Source: Eledone cirrhosa
Taxonomy: Eukaryota
Assembly: GCA_964016885.1 (NCBI GenBank)
Contig: OZ024741.1
Coordinates: 363,940,001-364,004,000, forward strand
Direction: 5' to 3'
Length of the DNA: 64,000 nucleotides
Shown: piece by piece, positions 31,329 through 46,160 of the stretch
How positions within the stretch are numbered: position 1 is the first letter of the stretch
How the letters are laid out: the number at the start of each line of letters is the position of its first letter
Notes under the pieces: generated by a model
What the model was told of the DNA's origin: nothing
The model's database searches: none
Seen by the model: the letters and a program-made list of their open reading frames with translations, nothing else
Program-made: the position numbers and the translations under genes

Positions 31329-34300
31329 CATCATCATCATTTTACGTCCGCTTTTCCCTGCTTGCAAGGGTGGGACGGGTCTTATTCAGCACAGCATCTC
31401 TCCACTCGTCACGGTCCCTCGTCATCTCCACCGTGAGCTTCAATGATCTGAGGTCTGTTCTCACCACCTCCGCCCATGTTTTTCGTGGTCTACCTCTACC
31501 ACGTCTTCCTTCAACTGGCATTTCCTGGCACTTCTTCACCCATCGGTCATCCTCCATGCGCATCACATGTCCATACCACCTCAGTCTCCTCTCCCGTACA
31601 CTACATTCTATCCCTCTCAGACACAGTTTCTCTCTCAACACATTTATGCTGGGTCGTTCACGCACATTTACACTGCACATCCAACGGAGCATGCTTGCCT
31701 CATTTCTCTCCAGCCGTCGCATATCCTCTGCGGTTGCTGCCCATGTCTCACTACCATGCAGCATCGCGCTCCTCACACAGGCATCATACAACCGGCCTTT
31801 CGTACGCAGGGAGAAACCCTTCTTCGTCAACAGAGGAAGCAGCTCCCTAAACTTCTTCCAACCCGTCCTTATTCTAGATACTATGGCCTCGGAACACCCT
31901 CCTCCCATGCTAATCTGATCTCCTAGGTACCGGAAGCTATCCACCACTTCTATAGCGCCCTCTCGCATTTGAAAAATGTGTCTATCAGTGCGACTTCTAC
32001 TGTCTAATTTCCCTGTACATCTACTGCATACATATTTCTCCCTACCTGTTAGTTTGCCTGCTATCCCGCTACATCTCTTGTGTACCCAGGACCTGCATTG
32101 TGTGCATTTTATAGAATGTATGCCAGTTCCTTTTCTGCATATCGAACATGGCCATTTCCCTGACGGAATCAGGGTTTTGTCCTCTTTTCTACTCATCAAC
32201 ACTTTTGTCTTCGCTAGGTTCACTCTCAGTCCTCTTGCTTCCAACTGCTGTTTCCATAGCCGGAATTTATTCTCTAGCTCCTCTACTGATTCTGCTATAA
32301 GAGCCAGATTGTCAGCATAGAGAAGTTCCCATGGACAGCCAGTCTTAAACTCCTCTGTTATGGCTTGGAGGACTATAATGAACAAGAGCGGGCTGAGGAC
32401 CGAACCCTGATGTACTCCTACTTGTATCTGGAATTCCTCACTAAATTCCATTCCTACCCTGACTTTACTGAGAGTACCTCTGTACAAAGTTTGCACTGTC
32501 CTCACAAGCCATTCCTCAACACCTAGCTTCCTTAGGGACCACCAGATGACAGATCGGGGTACCCTATCAAAGGCCTTCTCTAGGTCAACAAAGGCTAAGT
32601 ATAGTGGCTTATTCTTCTCTAAGAACCTCTCTTGCATTTGTCTCACCAAGAAGAGGGCATCTGTTGTACTCTTCCCAGGCACAAAACCAAACTGCATCTC
32701 ATCTAGTTTGACCCTTTCTCTAATTAGTTGTGCTAATATCCTTTCTGCCACTTTCATAACCTGATCTATCAGTTTTATACCCCTATAATTGCTCCTCTCC
32801 AAAGCATCCCCTTTACCTTTGTAGCAATTTATGAGAATACTGCTGCACCAGTCTTTGGGTATGACACCACCATATATAGCCTGATTGATGATGCGTGCAA
32901 CCAGTTTAGTGCCTAAGTCCCCTGATGCCTTCAGCATCTCAGCAACTATTCCCGATGGTCCGGCCACCTTACCATTTTTCATTTCCCTAATCGCCTCTTG
33001 GACCCTATATTCGTCAATCTCAATAGCTGGTCCCTCTGTCGGATCTACCAAGGTTAATTTCTCTCTCTCCCATTCGTTCTCCACATTCATCAGTCTCTCA
33101 TAATGACATTTCCAGGCCTCCTTTTTCTGGTCATTCGTGACACTAAGTACACCGGCATCATCCCGGACACATTTATCTCCAACAACATCCTGATTTGCAT
33201 CGACACACTGCCTTGCAATGTGGAACACCGCACGCCTCTGATCTTCCCGTCGCAGAACATTGGCAAACCTCCTACTCTCTGCCTCCCTGCGTGCTAAGTA
33301 CACCTGACGTCTAGCTTCTCTCTTAGTGGCTGTATATTCTTCCCTACTCCCACCCTTTTTCCAAGCCTTCCATGCTAGTCTTTTGTCTCTAATAGCCTTA
33401 TCTACTGTGCTGTTCCACCACCAGGTCACTCTGTCTGGTTGGAGCTCTGCTCCAGCCACAGGTTTCATCAGTAGCCTGCAGCAAGTTGTCACGTAAGAAC
33501 TTCCAGTTATTATCTATGTCATACGTCTCTAAATCGTCTTCTTTTTCGTCATATACATCTTGAAGGGCTTTCCTAAATTTGTATTTTAGTGAAAGGTCTT
33601 TTAGCTTCCAGACCTTTATTCTCCACACCTTCCTTTATGTCTCATTCCATCTCTTGCTTACTGAGATATCACTAACAACTAACCTATGCTGTGGGGTACA
33701 TTCTTCCCCAGGGTATGCCTTGGTATTAGACACTATCTGCCTGTCCCGCTGCCTAACTAGCAGGAAGTCAATCTGGCTTATGTGCTCACCAGATTTGTAG
33801 GTTATTAGGTGATTGGCAGGTTTCTGGAAGTTTGTGTTGCAAATAGTCAATGTACTCGCATCACAAAATTCAAGAAGTCTCACTCCTTCATTTCTTGAAC
33901 CGTAACCGTGCCCACCATGTACCCCAGTGTAACCATCCTGGAGCTGTCCAACATGACCATTGAAGTCTCCTGCTAGCATAACGATGTCTCCGTCCTCTGT
34001 CATTGTGGTTGTTTGCAAAAGTTGCTCATAAAAGCAGTCTTTCTCATCTTTGCCTAGGCCTGCTTGGGGAGCATAGACCGAGATGATTGTCAGTAGTCTC
34101 CTACCTACAACTAATCTAAGCTTAATTATTCGATTACTAACTCGAACTACCTCTATTGTCTTATTGATCCATTTCTCAGCCAGGAAAATGCCTACTGCCC
34201 CTAACCCATCATCCTTACCTACCCAGAATAGCTTATAGCTAAGACGCTTGCCTACGACTAGTCTCGCAGAGGCACCTCTCCATCTCACCTCTTGCACGCA

Positions 34301-34545
34301 GCACACATCCACCTGCCTTCTCTCCAGCATCTCCGCTATTTCAGCAGATCTACCTCTGAGAGTGCCAACATTAAGTGTTGCAACTCTGAGATGCGACGTC
34401 TTCATATTTTCCTATGCTGTTTTGTTGCTGTGCTGATAAGCTTTTTGGCATTGATACACTGGTTGGATGCCCTTCCTAACACCAGCGCCACTTTACAGCA
34501 TGGACTGGGTGCTTTTATTTGTGCCACCAGCACTAGAGAGGATGC

Positions 34546-34548
<3 letters not shown>
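31329..34548 (-). mobile_element. Near full-length RTE-clade LINE (APE endonuclease + RT + PHD-like Cys cluster), inactivated
   Basis: ORF 33635-34405 has APE motifs (TLNVGTL, VQEVRW, GDFNGHVG, SQIDF). ORF 31342-33492 has RT motifs QFGF, FVDLEKAFD, GVHQGSVLSP, and YADN in place of YADD. Two frameshifts; (GAT)n tail. Confidence 0.96.
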
Positions 34549-34582
<34 letters not shown>

Positions 34583-34583
34583 G

Positions 34584-34617
<34 letters not shown>

Positions 34618-36289
34618 GTACTTCGTTTTTTAATTTGTTTTGACACTATATAAACAACCATCCGATTATTGAACCAACCAATTGGAAATTTGTAATGAAG
34701 TGAAAACCAATAGGTGCATGTGTTTTTATTGGCAGCATGACCCTCCCAAAGTATAACAATGTGTGTGTGTGTGTAAATATTCATGTATGTATATATGTGT
34801 ATGCATATATACACATATATACACATTCAAGCAATACACCAAGTTTTGTTACAATTTGGTGAAGAAACTGAATTTAACTTATTTTGTTCATAAAACAATG
34901 GGTTATGTACTTGCACTAATATATTGAAATTTGCAAATGACTACAAAGATTGACAGGGGGAAAAAAAAAAAAAAAAAAAAAAATCAATAGTTTTAGCCAA
35001 AAATATAACTAAATTGAAATTGTTTGAGACAGTCAATTATCTTCAGAATTATCTCCCAAAATGTCTTTCTTTCTCTATCTGAATGATATCCTTAATTATC
35101 AACAAAAACAAATTTCAGGAGTAGGCATGTCTGTGGTTAAGGAATTCACTTTGTAATCAAATAGTTTCAAATTCAGTTCCACTGTATGGCACTTTGGCCA
35201 ATTGTTTACTATACTGTTCTTGAAAATCATGAAACTGTGAAAGTTATTGTAAATAAACCTTCCTAAAGACTCCAATTGTATTTTCAACTTCTTTTTCCTA
35301 TATATATATATATATATATATATACCAACATGTTTCTAAGATTTTTAATGTTTTTAGCAACTATATGCTCGTAGTTTTCATATGCCTCTTCTATCCTTGC
35401 TTTCTTCTCTTATATAAATGTTAATATTTATGATTTCTTCCCATATTGTGTATCCTCAAAATATTCTTTGACAAGTTTATTTGTGTTTTAACTTTTGATT
35501 TATACACAGGCGATTCCGGCCTTGTGCTTGGATGAAACAATTGTTAGTAATTAAATGTTCTAAAATACTCTTTGATTGTTGTTTATATATATATATATTG
35601 TAAATAGTCTAAATTGGTAACTCGCACTCTCTCTATATATAAATATAATTATATATAATGTGTGTGTGTGTGTGCGCGTGCGTGCGTGCACGCACACGCG
35701 TTTGCATTTACTGTGTGTTTATGTCCTGTAACTTAACAGTCTAACAAAAACAAAACAAAAAAAAACAGGAAATAAGTACTGTAGTCGATATAATTGACTA
35801 AATCCCTTCCAAGCATTGCTCCAGCAAGGCCACACTCATATGACTGAAACAAGTAAAAGAATAGTAGGATCTTTAAAATAACTGAAAAACCAAACAATGA
35901 TTTAACAATAATTAAATCCTTTAAAAATCTTGTTTATTTCTCATAAAGTTATTTATTATAATGCTATGTCAAATAATTAGTTACAATGAAAATAAAATAA
36001 TTTATAGATTTTTTCTTGTTCTTTTTAAATTATTTATCTTGATGGAAAGGTCATTGTTCTTACTCTTCGAAAGCATTTTCCACTGAAGAAAGAGATAACA
36101 GCGCTAGTTATTATAATTACCTCTATGGTTTTCAATGCTAATAAATTATGTCTTAAGGAGAGAAATATTGTGTAAGGTGCTCAATATAGAAAGCAAACAA
36201 GAAATTAGTAGAGAAGAGTTGAGTTTTGAATGGGTAAAGATGTACAACCAATACTTTTTTTTTAGTGGTAGAGAAAGTATCTTCATTTT

Positions 36290-36975
36290 ACAATGAAGAT
36301 TTCTACTTTAGGCACCAGACTAACAATTTGGGGGGAAACATTCCTAGTATTTGACTGGTACTTTATTTTATCGACCTCAAAAGAAAGAAACAAAGAATTT
36401 GAACTCAGAATGTAAAGAGCCATAACTAAATGACACAAAACATTTGCCCAATCCTCTCACGATTCAGTTAATCCACCACCCTCTAATAATTGTTTCTATT
36501 TTTGGCACAAGGCCAGCAATTATCCAAGTGCATTACTGGTACTTTATTTTATCGACCTCGTAAGGATGAAAGGCAAAGTTAACTTTGGTGGGATTTGAAC
36601 TCAGACCGTAAAGGGACATAACCATGCTGCAAAGGATGGCGTCCAACCCTTTACTGATACTGCCAATCCACTAATAATTGTTTCTACTTTTGGCACAAGG
36701 CCAGAAATTATCCCGTGTATTACTGGTACTTTATCGACCCCCAATAAATGATTTCTAATAATAATAGTTTCTACTTTTGGCACAAGGCCAGCAATTACTC
36801 AGTGCATTACTGGTGCTATATTTTATCGACCTCCTAAGGATAAAAGGCAAAGTTAACCTCGGTGGGGTTTGAACTTAGAACGTAAAGGGCCATAATTCAA
36901 TGCTGCAAAGCATGGCATCTGCCACTCTACCAGTACTGCCAATTCACTGCCATATGCAGTGAATAATAATAATAA
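36290..36975 (-). mobile_element. Cluster of same-orientation full and partial SINE copies
   Basis: TTTCTACTTTTGGCACAAGGCCAG...CTGGTACTTTA recurs about four times; family of 10118-10302. Confidence 0.75.
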
Positions 36976-37478
36976 TAATTTCTAAATGAAGGCACATTGC
37001 CACAAATTTTGTCGGAGATTCAGCGACTCATAAATCTGTTCAATCAAGATAAACTGAGGTCAAACAACACATAATATATACCACAAAGTAGTAGTTAAAA
37101 CGAAGTAACATAAATACAATTAGAAAGCTGCAATGATGCCTTCTTGTTGAGATTTGAACTTCACATATCCAGTTGATCCGATAAACATTGAGCCAACAAG
37201 CCAACATTGAACCTTTACATGATACTTGACCTACTAGAAACAGAAGCCACATTTCCCTCAAATCACACTATGCCATCTTAAATGTGGTCCTTGATATACA
37301 AAATGATGGTATGGTCACAGCTGGAATGTATTTCATCATAGGTGTTTTAGCCTACACTAAGGCTAAACAACAATCACATTTAACCTGGCATTACAAGGAC
37401 ATTCTTGTGTTTTAACATTTGAAAGAAAAAAAATGAATGTTAAACAGTTTTTGATCTTATGTGTACTACCATTTTTAA

Positions 37479-37698
37479 CCCTTTAGCTTTTAAACCAGCC
37501 ATATCTGGCCAGAAGTGTTTTACTCCTTTATGTTCAAACCGGCTGTAACTGGCCACTCATACTGATGTTAAGGTATTGTTCTCAAAATAGATAATATAAA
37601 ATTTCATAGATTCGATATTATGTGAGATAATTATGTTAGGTAAAGCCTTTACCATGAAAATATGATAGTATATATACAGCAATGTAAATGCTAAAGGG
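37479..37698. mobile_element. piggyBac-like MITE (family of 19219-19416; another decayed copy ~28445-28665)
   Basis: TTAA|CCCTTTAGC ... GCTAAAGGG|TTAA. Confidence 0.85.
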
Positions 37699-38603
37699 TT
37701 AAAGTGGTAGGCTGTGATTTGAAGGATATTTGGCTGCTATTTCAAGCAGGTTGAGTGTCCACAGAAAGGCTCCATCAGAGCTGTACATGTTGTGAGAGGT
37801 GACTAAAATGGCTGGTTTCAGGAAAGTCATCCAGCCATTAAACAATGCCTCAAAGCATTCTATCTAACCCATGACAACATAGAAAATCAAACATGAAAAA
37901 TAATGACAATGATTGATTTGATATCCTTAACCCTTTTCCTAAAACCCTCCTAAAACTGCCTCCGATTCTATAAAATAAAAGGAATTTTGAAACTTTCTAT
38001 AACTTAAAATAAGAACCATATGTTGTGTTACAAATACCATCTTCATAATGAAATAATAATTTTAATATATCACTCCAAATTAATTGAAATATAGAGTAAA
38101 TCATCAGAAATAAGAGTTAAAAAGTCATGCTTTTAAGGATGATTTTCATTTGTTTATCTGTAATTATATATGTGTTAGAGATTTGTTTAATTCCAGTGAA
38201 TTTTGAAGGTAATTTATTATTAAAAAAAGGTAAAGTAAAAAGAAATTGAAACAGATTTTAATAAGTTTTCCAACTGAAAAAATATAGCTAAATTTTTTAC
38301 TGACTGAATAAGTAACATTGTTTCTCCTCCAAATTTTAATAAATTTTGTATTTGTGGATTATATTCTTTTACTTGCTTACTAGTTTCAGTCATTAGATCA
38401 TCCTCATCATTTTTATGTCTGCTTTCCACACTGGCATGGGTTAAACAGGTTGTCACGTGATGATATTTTGCTCATATATTCCATGTGGCATGGTTTCTAT
38501 GACTAGATGCCCTTCCTAACACAAACCTCCTTTACAGACTGGACTAGGTGTGTTTTATTATGGCACGAGTAGATAGACCCTATATTGTCCATTTAATTAA
38601 TTG

Positions 38604-38605
<2 letters not shown>

Positions 38606-38650
<45 letters not shown>

Positions 38651-38663
38651 GAGAGAGAGAGAA

Positions 38664-38704
<41 letters not shown>
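38606..38704. repeat. (GA)n microsatellite
   Basis: Directly visible. Confidence 0.95.
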
Positions 38705-41700
38705 ACTGTAGACAAAATGTTGATTCCTGGTGTGAATTTGAGAACATTTGCACCCCTTTTTTTATCTTACATTTGTGATCCTTAAATTCAAATATAAATC
38801 TAAGAACATTTTTGACAGATCAGAGTATTCATGTAATAGATGTAACAGAAAATACTGTTCAGTTATTTTAATATAGACTGATGTCTGGTTTGCACTAACC
38901 CACAAAGAAAACTTAGTTGATATCACAGCCAATAAGGTTATATCTAGAGAATTCCACATGTCCATAGAGAAATTAGGAGTTAGATATTAATATTAGTTTT
39001 GTATGTAAATTTAAGAACTAAATCAGCCCTTGAGGTTATCTTCAAAACCCAGCACATCAGTTATGTTTTTAATCATGATAAACATCATCCATATGCTTGA
39101 GGTAAAGAATAGGTCTATGTGTAGTAAATCTTATTTATTACATAAACAAATGGGAGATTAACAAAAGTAAACCTCACACATTAGGTACATACATTCATTC
39201 ACAAACATATATGAGCCAATAAGAAAGAGAATCCACATAGTTGTTCAGCCTGCTAGAAATAATAACCAAATCTCTCTGATAGCACCCTACTATCTTAATA
39301 AAAAAAAAAAGGATTGAATATTGTAGTTCTAGATAAATTATGTTAGAATAAAAAATGAGAAAGTCATAGCTGAAATGTATTTGATAATAGGGATGCCCAA
39401 GTAAAAATGACCTAAATTTAAACAACACACACACACATACTGAAACCATTGAATTGGGAGAACTGATAAAGCCCTGGACAAAATACATTGTATTTTGATA
39501 TCCCTTTACGTACTGGGTTCAAATCTAGTCCAGGTTGACTATACATGTCACGCTTATTCTTTTAGTGGTTTCAGTCAATAGACTGTAGCCAAACTAGGGC
39601 ACAACCTTGATGGAGTCAATTATACTGACCCCAATACTTATCTTTTTTTTTTTGTTAAATTGCTAAACAACAATAAGCCTAAACACACACACGCATGTAT
39701 CTACGATGGGCTTCCACATAATTTCCGTCTACCAAATTTCACTCACAAGACATAAGTCAACTCATGGCTATAGAAGAAAACACTGGCCCAAGTCATAAGA
39801 TATCTTGGTCCACGTTATTGAATGTCCCTTTTTTTCCTTTTTTCTAATATGTGGAATGTGATTAAGGGAAAATTTGACTGTTATTACTAGCAGATCAAGC
39901 AGGCACATAGAGGCTCTCATTGGTTTTTACATGATGGCAGAAACTGGATGATGTAGAATACAGTCTCTCTTCATTATGACTCTGAATGACCTCTTCAATG
40001 AGATTCACTGTATTCAATTTTGCCTCAAATATTTATTACTTTCTATGAATACCTTTGTTTATTACAGTTCCTGTTCAAGACATGTTTTCACAAGGCATCA
40101 ATCCATTTCTATGACAATAAGCTACTGTTTGGCTTCAGATTTTTTCCTATTTTACATGTGTATGTATGAGACAAAAATAGTTTAAATATTATTCTGTCTT
40201 AGATGAAATCATTCTTTATAAGTTTAGTAATGAATTTAATGAATTAAATTTTTAGTAATGAAAATAATTATTTTAAACTATAAAAAAATTGCAGCTTAAA
40301 TGTAACAAGTATTAAAAGGTCTTTTTCCAAACTTGACAACAAGCAATCAATTAAGATTTAAAGTTTATAAACAAATCAGTAAAAAAAAAAAAATTGAGTA
40401 TAAGAGGAATCCGATATTGTGAGCCAAAGAGGGAAAACTGAACTAGTGTGATGTATATGGAGGGTGAAAGTTGAGTAAAGTAGTGAAGGAATTGAAAGGA
40501 AGCTGTTGAAGAGGAAGACCAAGGAAAACAAACATGGGACAAAATGTTGAAAAATAATCTTAATAGGCTGAGCCTCACAAAAAAGATGACAATTGGCCAT
40601 AACAAATGGCAAGAGGCTGGGATGGTAAACACTCAACCAACATATGCAAAATAATGATGGAAGTGGTGGAAAAAAAAAAAAATTTACAGCTCATGCCTAT
40701 GCAGGTTTGGCTGGTTTCTCAGTTGTGTTAATAATAGAGGCTCCAGTCGAATCATGAAAACACACACTGCTCAGTCTAGGAATGAAACCCACAACCTTAT
40801 GATCATGCAAGTTCAAAGTGGTAGTGATGATGAATGAAAGTGTTAAGTCTACAACATGATAAAATCTTACTGAAAAGACAATGTTTCTGAAAAACCAAAC
40901 ATTTTGAAGCAGCTACAATATTATATATGGACAGAAATGTTCCAAAGTGACAGTTTTTTGGGGGGACCGAAACATAGGTCATATTACTTTGTTCAGTGAA
41001 GGTAGTGAAGTAGTAAGGGTAAATTGATAAAATGTATAAAGAAAGATGAGTAACAAAATATCTTCAAAGCAGCACAGTACATTATTGGGTTAGAAATTAA
41101 GAAGTTTACAATTAAAAATTTTTAATGATCCTCTTGGTAGATTTCTTCAGATGATGATCTCTACTCATTCAATACGTCAATTATCCTTTTCTGCTAATGC
41201 TATGAACTAAATTGACTTAGAGGAGATGAAATGTCAACCTTAATCGGTTTGAAAACAGAATTACAAACAACAAAACAACTCAGTGGCAATATTGTTTAAT
41301 ATGATACTATTATTGAGTCATCATCTATCATTAAACAACTATTTCTTAGACTAAGAGCTGCTGGCTAATTTTAAAGGAATGAGCAACACAATTTTGAAAG
41401 AACATTGCATACTTGAGAGTAATGGCTTTAAAACAATAAGTACTAGAGTCACTCAAGGGAGTGCCCCAGGATGGCTGCAGTCTAATGATTGAAATTTCTA
41501 ACATAAGCAGATGTTCATGAATTTGGAGGAATGATGGCAACAAACTGGGAGAGTTGTTAGAGTGTAGAATGAAATGCATTGTGGTATTTGTCCTGGCTCG
41601 CTGTACTCTGAATTCTGTCGAGGGTAACTTAGCATTTCATCAATCCAAAGTTGATAAAATAAAGTACCAGTCTAGAGCAGTGAATTAGCAGAAGTGTTAG

Positions 41701-43627
41701 AACCTTGTGGCAATTGTTCCAGCTCTAATCATTCTGAGTGCTTAGGTGATAGATGTAATCAGCTAGCCAGTTTAACACCACCATCTGATCCTTGAGTGCC
41801 TCCAGCAGAGATTCCTCTGCTGCTGACATTTGGATCAGGCTTCCAGTTTGAAGATAATTTCCACCATCAACTTTAATCAATCAATTTGACTGGTTTGATG
41901 AAACAAAATCACCCATTTAAATTAAAACCTAGTATCATTTGATATAAGAACTTTTAAATTATGTTACAAATGCCATCTTATTAATGGAATAATTTTACTA
42001 AATTCAAATGTTTATAGTCTTTTTACTAGTGAAAATTTACAATATTAGACAAAATACTTTGATTTATGTGGTTTCATACAGTACAAGACATTAAGAGTTA
42101 ATTCAAATACAGTTTTTTTCATTAGAAACAGTAATGTAAAGGTTAAAAGTTAAGTCAACTTTGGTGGTATTTGAATTCTGTATATAAAGAAACTTTGCTA
42201 AATTCTGGTTTCATTGGTGTTAAGTGACTAAGAGTACAAGACTTCCCCCTGGATGGGATGCTAGTCTGTTGCAGGTTAACCCCCAGCCACTGTTGGTATT
42301 CATTTTTCAGCAGAGAGGATTGGGGCAGCAAGAAGTGTTTTGCTCAAAGACATAACGTGCTTCTCAGTCTGGGAATTGAACTGATGACCCTATAAATATA
42401 AGTTCAACACCCTAATCACTGTGCTGCATGCCTTCTCAATATGAAATTAATGAGAATGAAGCATTACCATGTTGCTGAAAAGTCTTTATTTTCACTTCAT
42501 GCTACAATCCTAGGAATAAGCAGATAGAAAGTGGGGAAGAATAGGAGAGAAAGGGAGGGGTATGAAGGATTAGTTAAGTGTAAATTGACTACTGGGAATT
42601 AAAAGTACACTGTAAATGGCTTTTCATGGGTTTACAGTGCAGATAGCAGTATATAATACAATACGATATATTACTTATACATGTTAATCATAACAACAAA
42701 AAAGATAATATATTGATACCTGATATCTATGTGATTTAATAAATGCCTGTTACTGTAAACAATAATCTATTCCAGTGATTAAAAGTCCCCCCCCCCCCTC
42801 TACCACCTACTCAATAATGATACTTAGTCCATACTAATAGCAAATTGATTTTTGTTGTAATACAAAAAGGGTTGGCTGTTTTGTTGTATCAAAGTGCAGC
42901 AAATAGATATATACTGAAAACAAAAGATTTACAAAGGCTATAAGTAAATGAATATATTTTTACTGGTTTCAGTCATTAGACTATGGCCATGCTGGGGCTG
43001 GGACAGAGCCTTGAAGGGATTTAGTTGATCATAACACCAGCACTTATTTTTTCAAATCAGGCATGTAATTTCTTTCTGTAGAAATGTTGAGTTATGGGGC
43101 TTGAACATACAGTAAACATAAACAAAGCCATTGACACAAAACACACACACACATAAAAAACCGGGGGTTGCTTCCCTTGTTGGAAATAACACGTGACAAC
43201 GAAATGTTTGCAGGCTGTCTATTGTGGCGGTCGCATTTAGTTTGTTCACACCAGTTTGAGGCAGTAGAACGGAATGCCTGTTGATAAAATGAATCCCCTG
43301 TTCGATCATGGAATACCACAAGCTTACGTGTTACCTAAGTTGGATAGATGATTTTGGATTCATACAAACATATTGGACGTATTGCAGAATATCGTCCGAT
43401 CTGTCCAGATCTGTTTTAACCTGATTAGTTCTTTCGTTGCTTTGGTAGTGTATGGTTGGATTTTGCCTACCACAATTTTCAATTTGTCAAGCAATTTAAA
43501 CGTATGTTATTATTCTATTGAGTGCTTTGCTACTCATTCCTTATTGTAGGTTGACTTTGCTTGGCCACAGCCAATGCTTCGATTTTACTAAGCTTCCACT
43601 TATATATATATATATATATATATATAT

Positions 43628-45755
43628 CATCAATCATCATCAACGTTTAACGTCCGTGTTCCACGCTTGCATGGGTTTGGACGGGAGTTTTCCCACTTGA
43701 GGCAAGAGTGGTTGTCTTGCTCGCATTGGCGGGTTTTCTACAGCTGGATGACCTTCCTAACACCAACCACATTTACAGTGTGGGGCTGGGAGGTTTTTAC
43801 CGTGTTGCCTACACGGCCACATTACAGCGTGAACTGTGTGTTTTTTTGACGCGACACCTACACGATCTCATTTGTTTCGGCCTGGATGTTATGGCACCAA
43901 CATAACTTTACATTGAAAGGGGCGGTGTGGATGGGGTGGAGGTGGTGGGACGAGGGTGTATTTTGTTAGAGATGCCTACTGACTGTAGTAGGTTTTACTT
44001 TGTATTTAAGTAAGGCGGGTCTTCTCTATTACTGAGTACCGCCAAAGGTCTTGGTCCAGTGACATTGTCTTGGAGAGGTGTAAGTGTGTGAGGTCGGAAT
44101 TTATCAGCTCGTCCCAGGTTTTTCTGGGTCTGCCTATTCCATGGCTACCGTCTATCTTTATTGCCCTGCACTTTGTTATACAGCTATCGTCCTTCATGCG
44201 CATCACGTGACCATACCAACGTAGCCTTCTCTCGAGTAAACAACATCTGATCCCTCTTATTTCTAATTTTTTCCTTAGTTCGTTTATGCTTTGCCGTTCA
44301 CGTATATTACTATTACACATCCAGTGGAGCATGCAAGCTTCGTTTCTCTCTAGTCTGCGTATATCCTCTGCACACAATGCCCAGGTCTCACTGCCATGCA
44401 ACATTGCTGTTCGTATGCAGGCATCATACAGCCTGCCTTTCATTTTTAGGGAGAACCCTTTAGCGGCTAGTAGAGGTATAATCTCTCTGAACTTTTTCCA
44501 CCCAGTTCTGACTCTAGCTACTGTACTTTCAGAGCACCCTCCCCCACTGCTGATTTTGTCACCCAGGTAACGGAAGCTCTCCACTATTTCTATAGAACCC
44601 TCTGCGCAGTTGAAAGAGCTAGTATTTTTTGGGCACTTGCTGCTACTTATTGACACAGAACACCGGCCACATGTAAAATCTATGTTCTTAGTTAGCTTAC
44701 CTGTGATCCCACTACATCTTTTATGCACCCATACTTTGCATTTGGGACACAAAATGGAGTTTCTACCTACGCCTTTCCTACACACTGAGCATGGCCACTT
44801 CCCGGAGGGGACCGCCGCCTTATTTTCTTTCTTACAAACTAGAACTTTAGTCTTAGCCAGGTTAATTTTAAGGCCTTTTGATTCTAGGCCGTGCTTCCAT
44901 GTTTGGAATTTCTTCTCTAGCTCGGCCATTGATTCAGCTATGAGCGTTAGATCATCTGCGTATAGGAGTTCCCATGGGCAGCCGGTCTTGAACTCCACTG
45001 TTATAGCCTGGAGGGCAATAATAAATAGTAGGGGGCTAAGAACAGAGCCCTGATGAACACCAAGTTTTACACTAAACTCTTCACTATATTCCTTGTTAAT
45101 TCTAACCTTGCTGACTGTTTCTTTATACATGGCTTGTATAGCTCTCACAAGCCATTCATCAACACCTAGTTTTCTAAGAGCCCACCAGATAATGGAACGG
45201 GGGACTCTGTCGAAGGCTTCCTCCAAGTCGACGAAAGCTAAGTATAGGGGGTTTACTTTTAGCTAGGTACTTCTCCTGTAGTTGTCGTACAATGAAAAGA
45301 GCGTCTGTGGTACTTTTTCCTGACACAAACCCAAACTGCATTTCATCTAGATCAATTCACTCTCTGATTAGTTGCGCTATTACTTTTTCCGTAACCTTCA
45401 TGACCTGGTCGATTAATTTAATGCCTCTATAGTTACTCCTATCTAGGGCATCTCCTTTACCCTTATAACAGTTAACGATGATGCTGCTACGCCAGTCCTT
45501 CGGAACAACCCCATTCTGTATGACTTGGTTGACTCTCTGGGTGACCATGGTGTGTCCCACCGTACCAGATGCCTTCGGCATCTCGGCAACTATTTCCGAA
45601 GGCCCAGCCGCCTTACCCGTCTTCATATCTTTGATTGCCTTACTTATGATACTACCCTCGACTAACACTGCTGGTCCCTCTATTGGGTCGATGTGGGGGA
45701 GACTGTCTTTCTCCCATTTATTCTCCTCATTTAGTAGCCTTTCATAGTGACACTT
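43628..45755 (-). mobile_element. 5'-truncated RTE LINE with long 3' UTR
   Basis: ORF 44006-45226 with GVHQGSVLSP, YADD, Cys cluster and LRWYGHV; upstream part in 45357-45755; (GAT)n tail at 43628. Confidence 0.95.
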
Positions 45756-46160
45756 CATATATATATACACACACACACACACACGATGGGCTTCTATATA
45801 GTTTCCATCAGCAAATTTCACACCTAGGCATTGGTCAATCTGAGGCTATAATGGAAGACACTTGCCCAACGTACTATACAAAAACTGAAACCCAAAAGCA
45901 CATGGTTGTGAAGAGATTTCCTTAAACACACAACTGTGCATTAAAAAAATTACACAGAATTTTGTAGAGGAAACAATTTAAAAGTAAAATAAATATAGGC
46001 TTAATTTCTTACTTTCTTAACAAATAGAACATATTTCCTGAATAACAAAATTCCTTGAGGCCAGTCAAGCAATCAAAGAGGAAAACAGGCATAAAAACAA
46101 TTAAGTTACTGAATCATTCAGGAAAATTAAGTTAATATATACATCTGTGTGTGTATATAT

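Noticed and set aside
41770-41880. Short open frame with hairpin, possible host exon
   Set aside because: No convincing splice sites or homology; may be a decayed retroelement end.
43160-43600. Higher-complexity segment, possible decayed Penelope RT fragment
   Set aside because: An RT motif can only be obtained by assuming frameshifts; needs a translated search.
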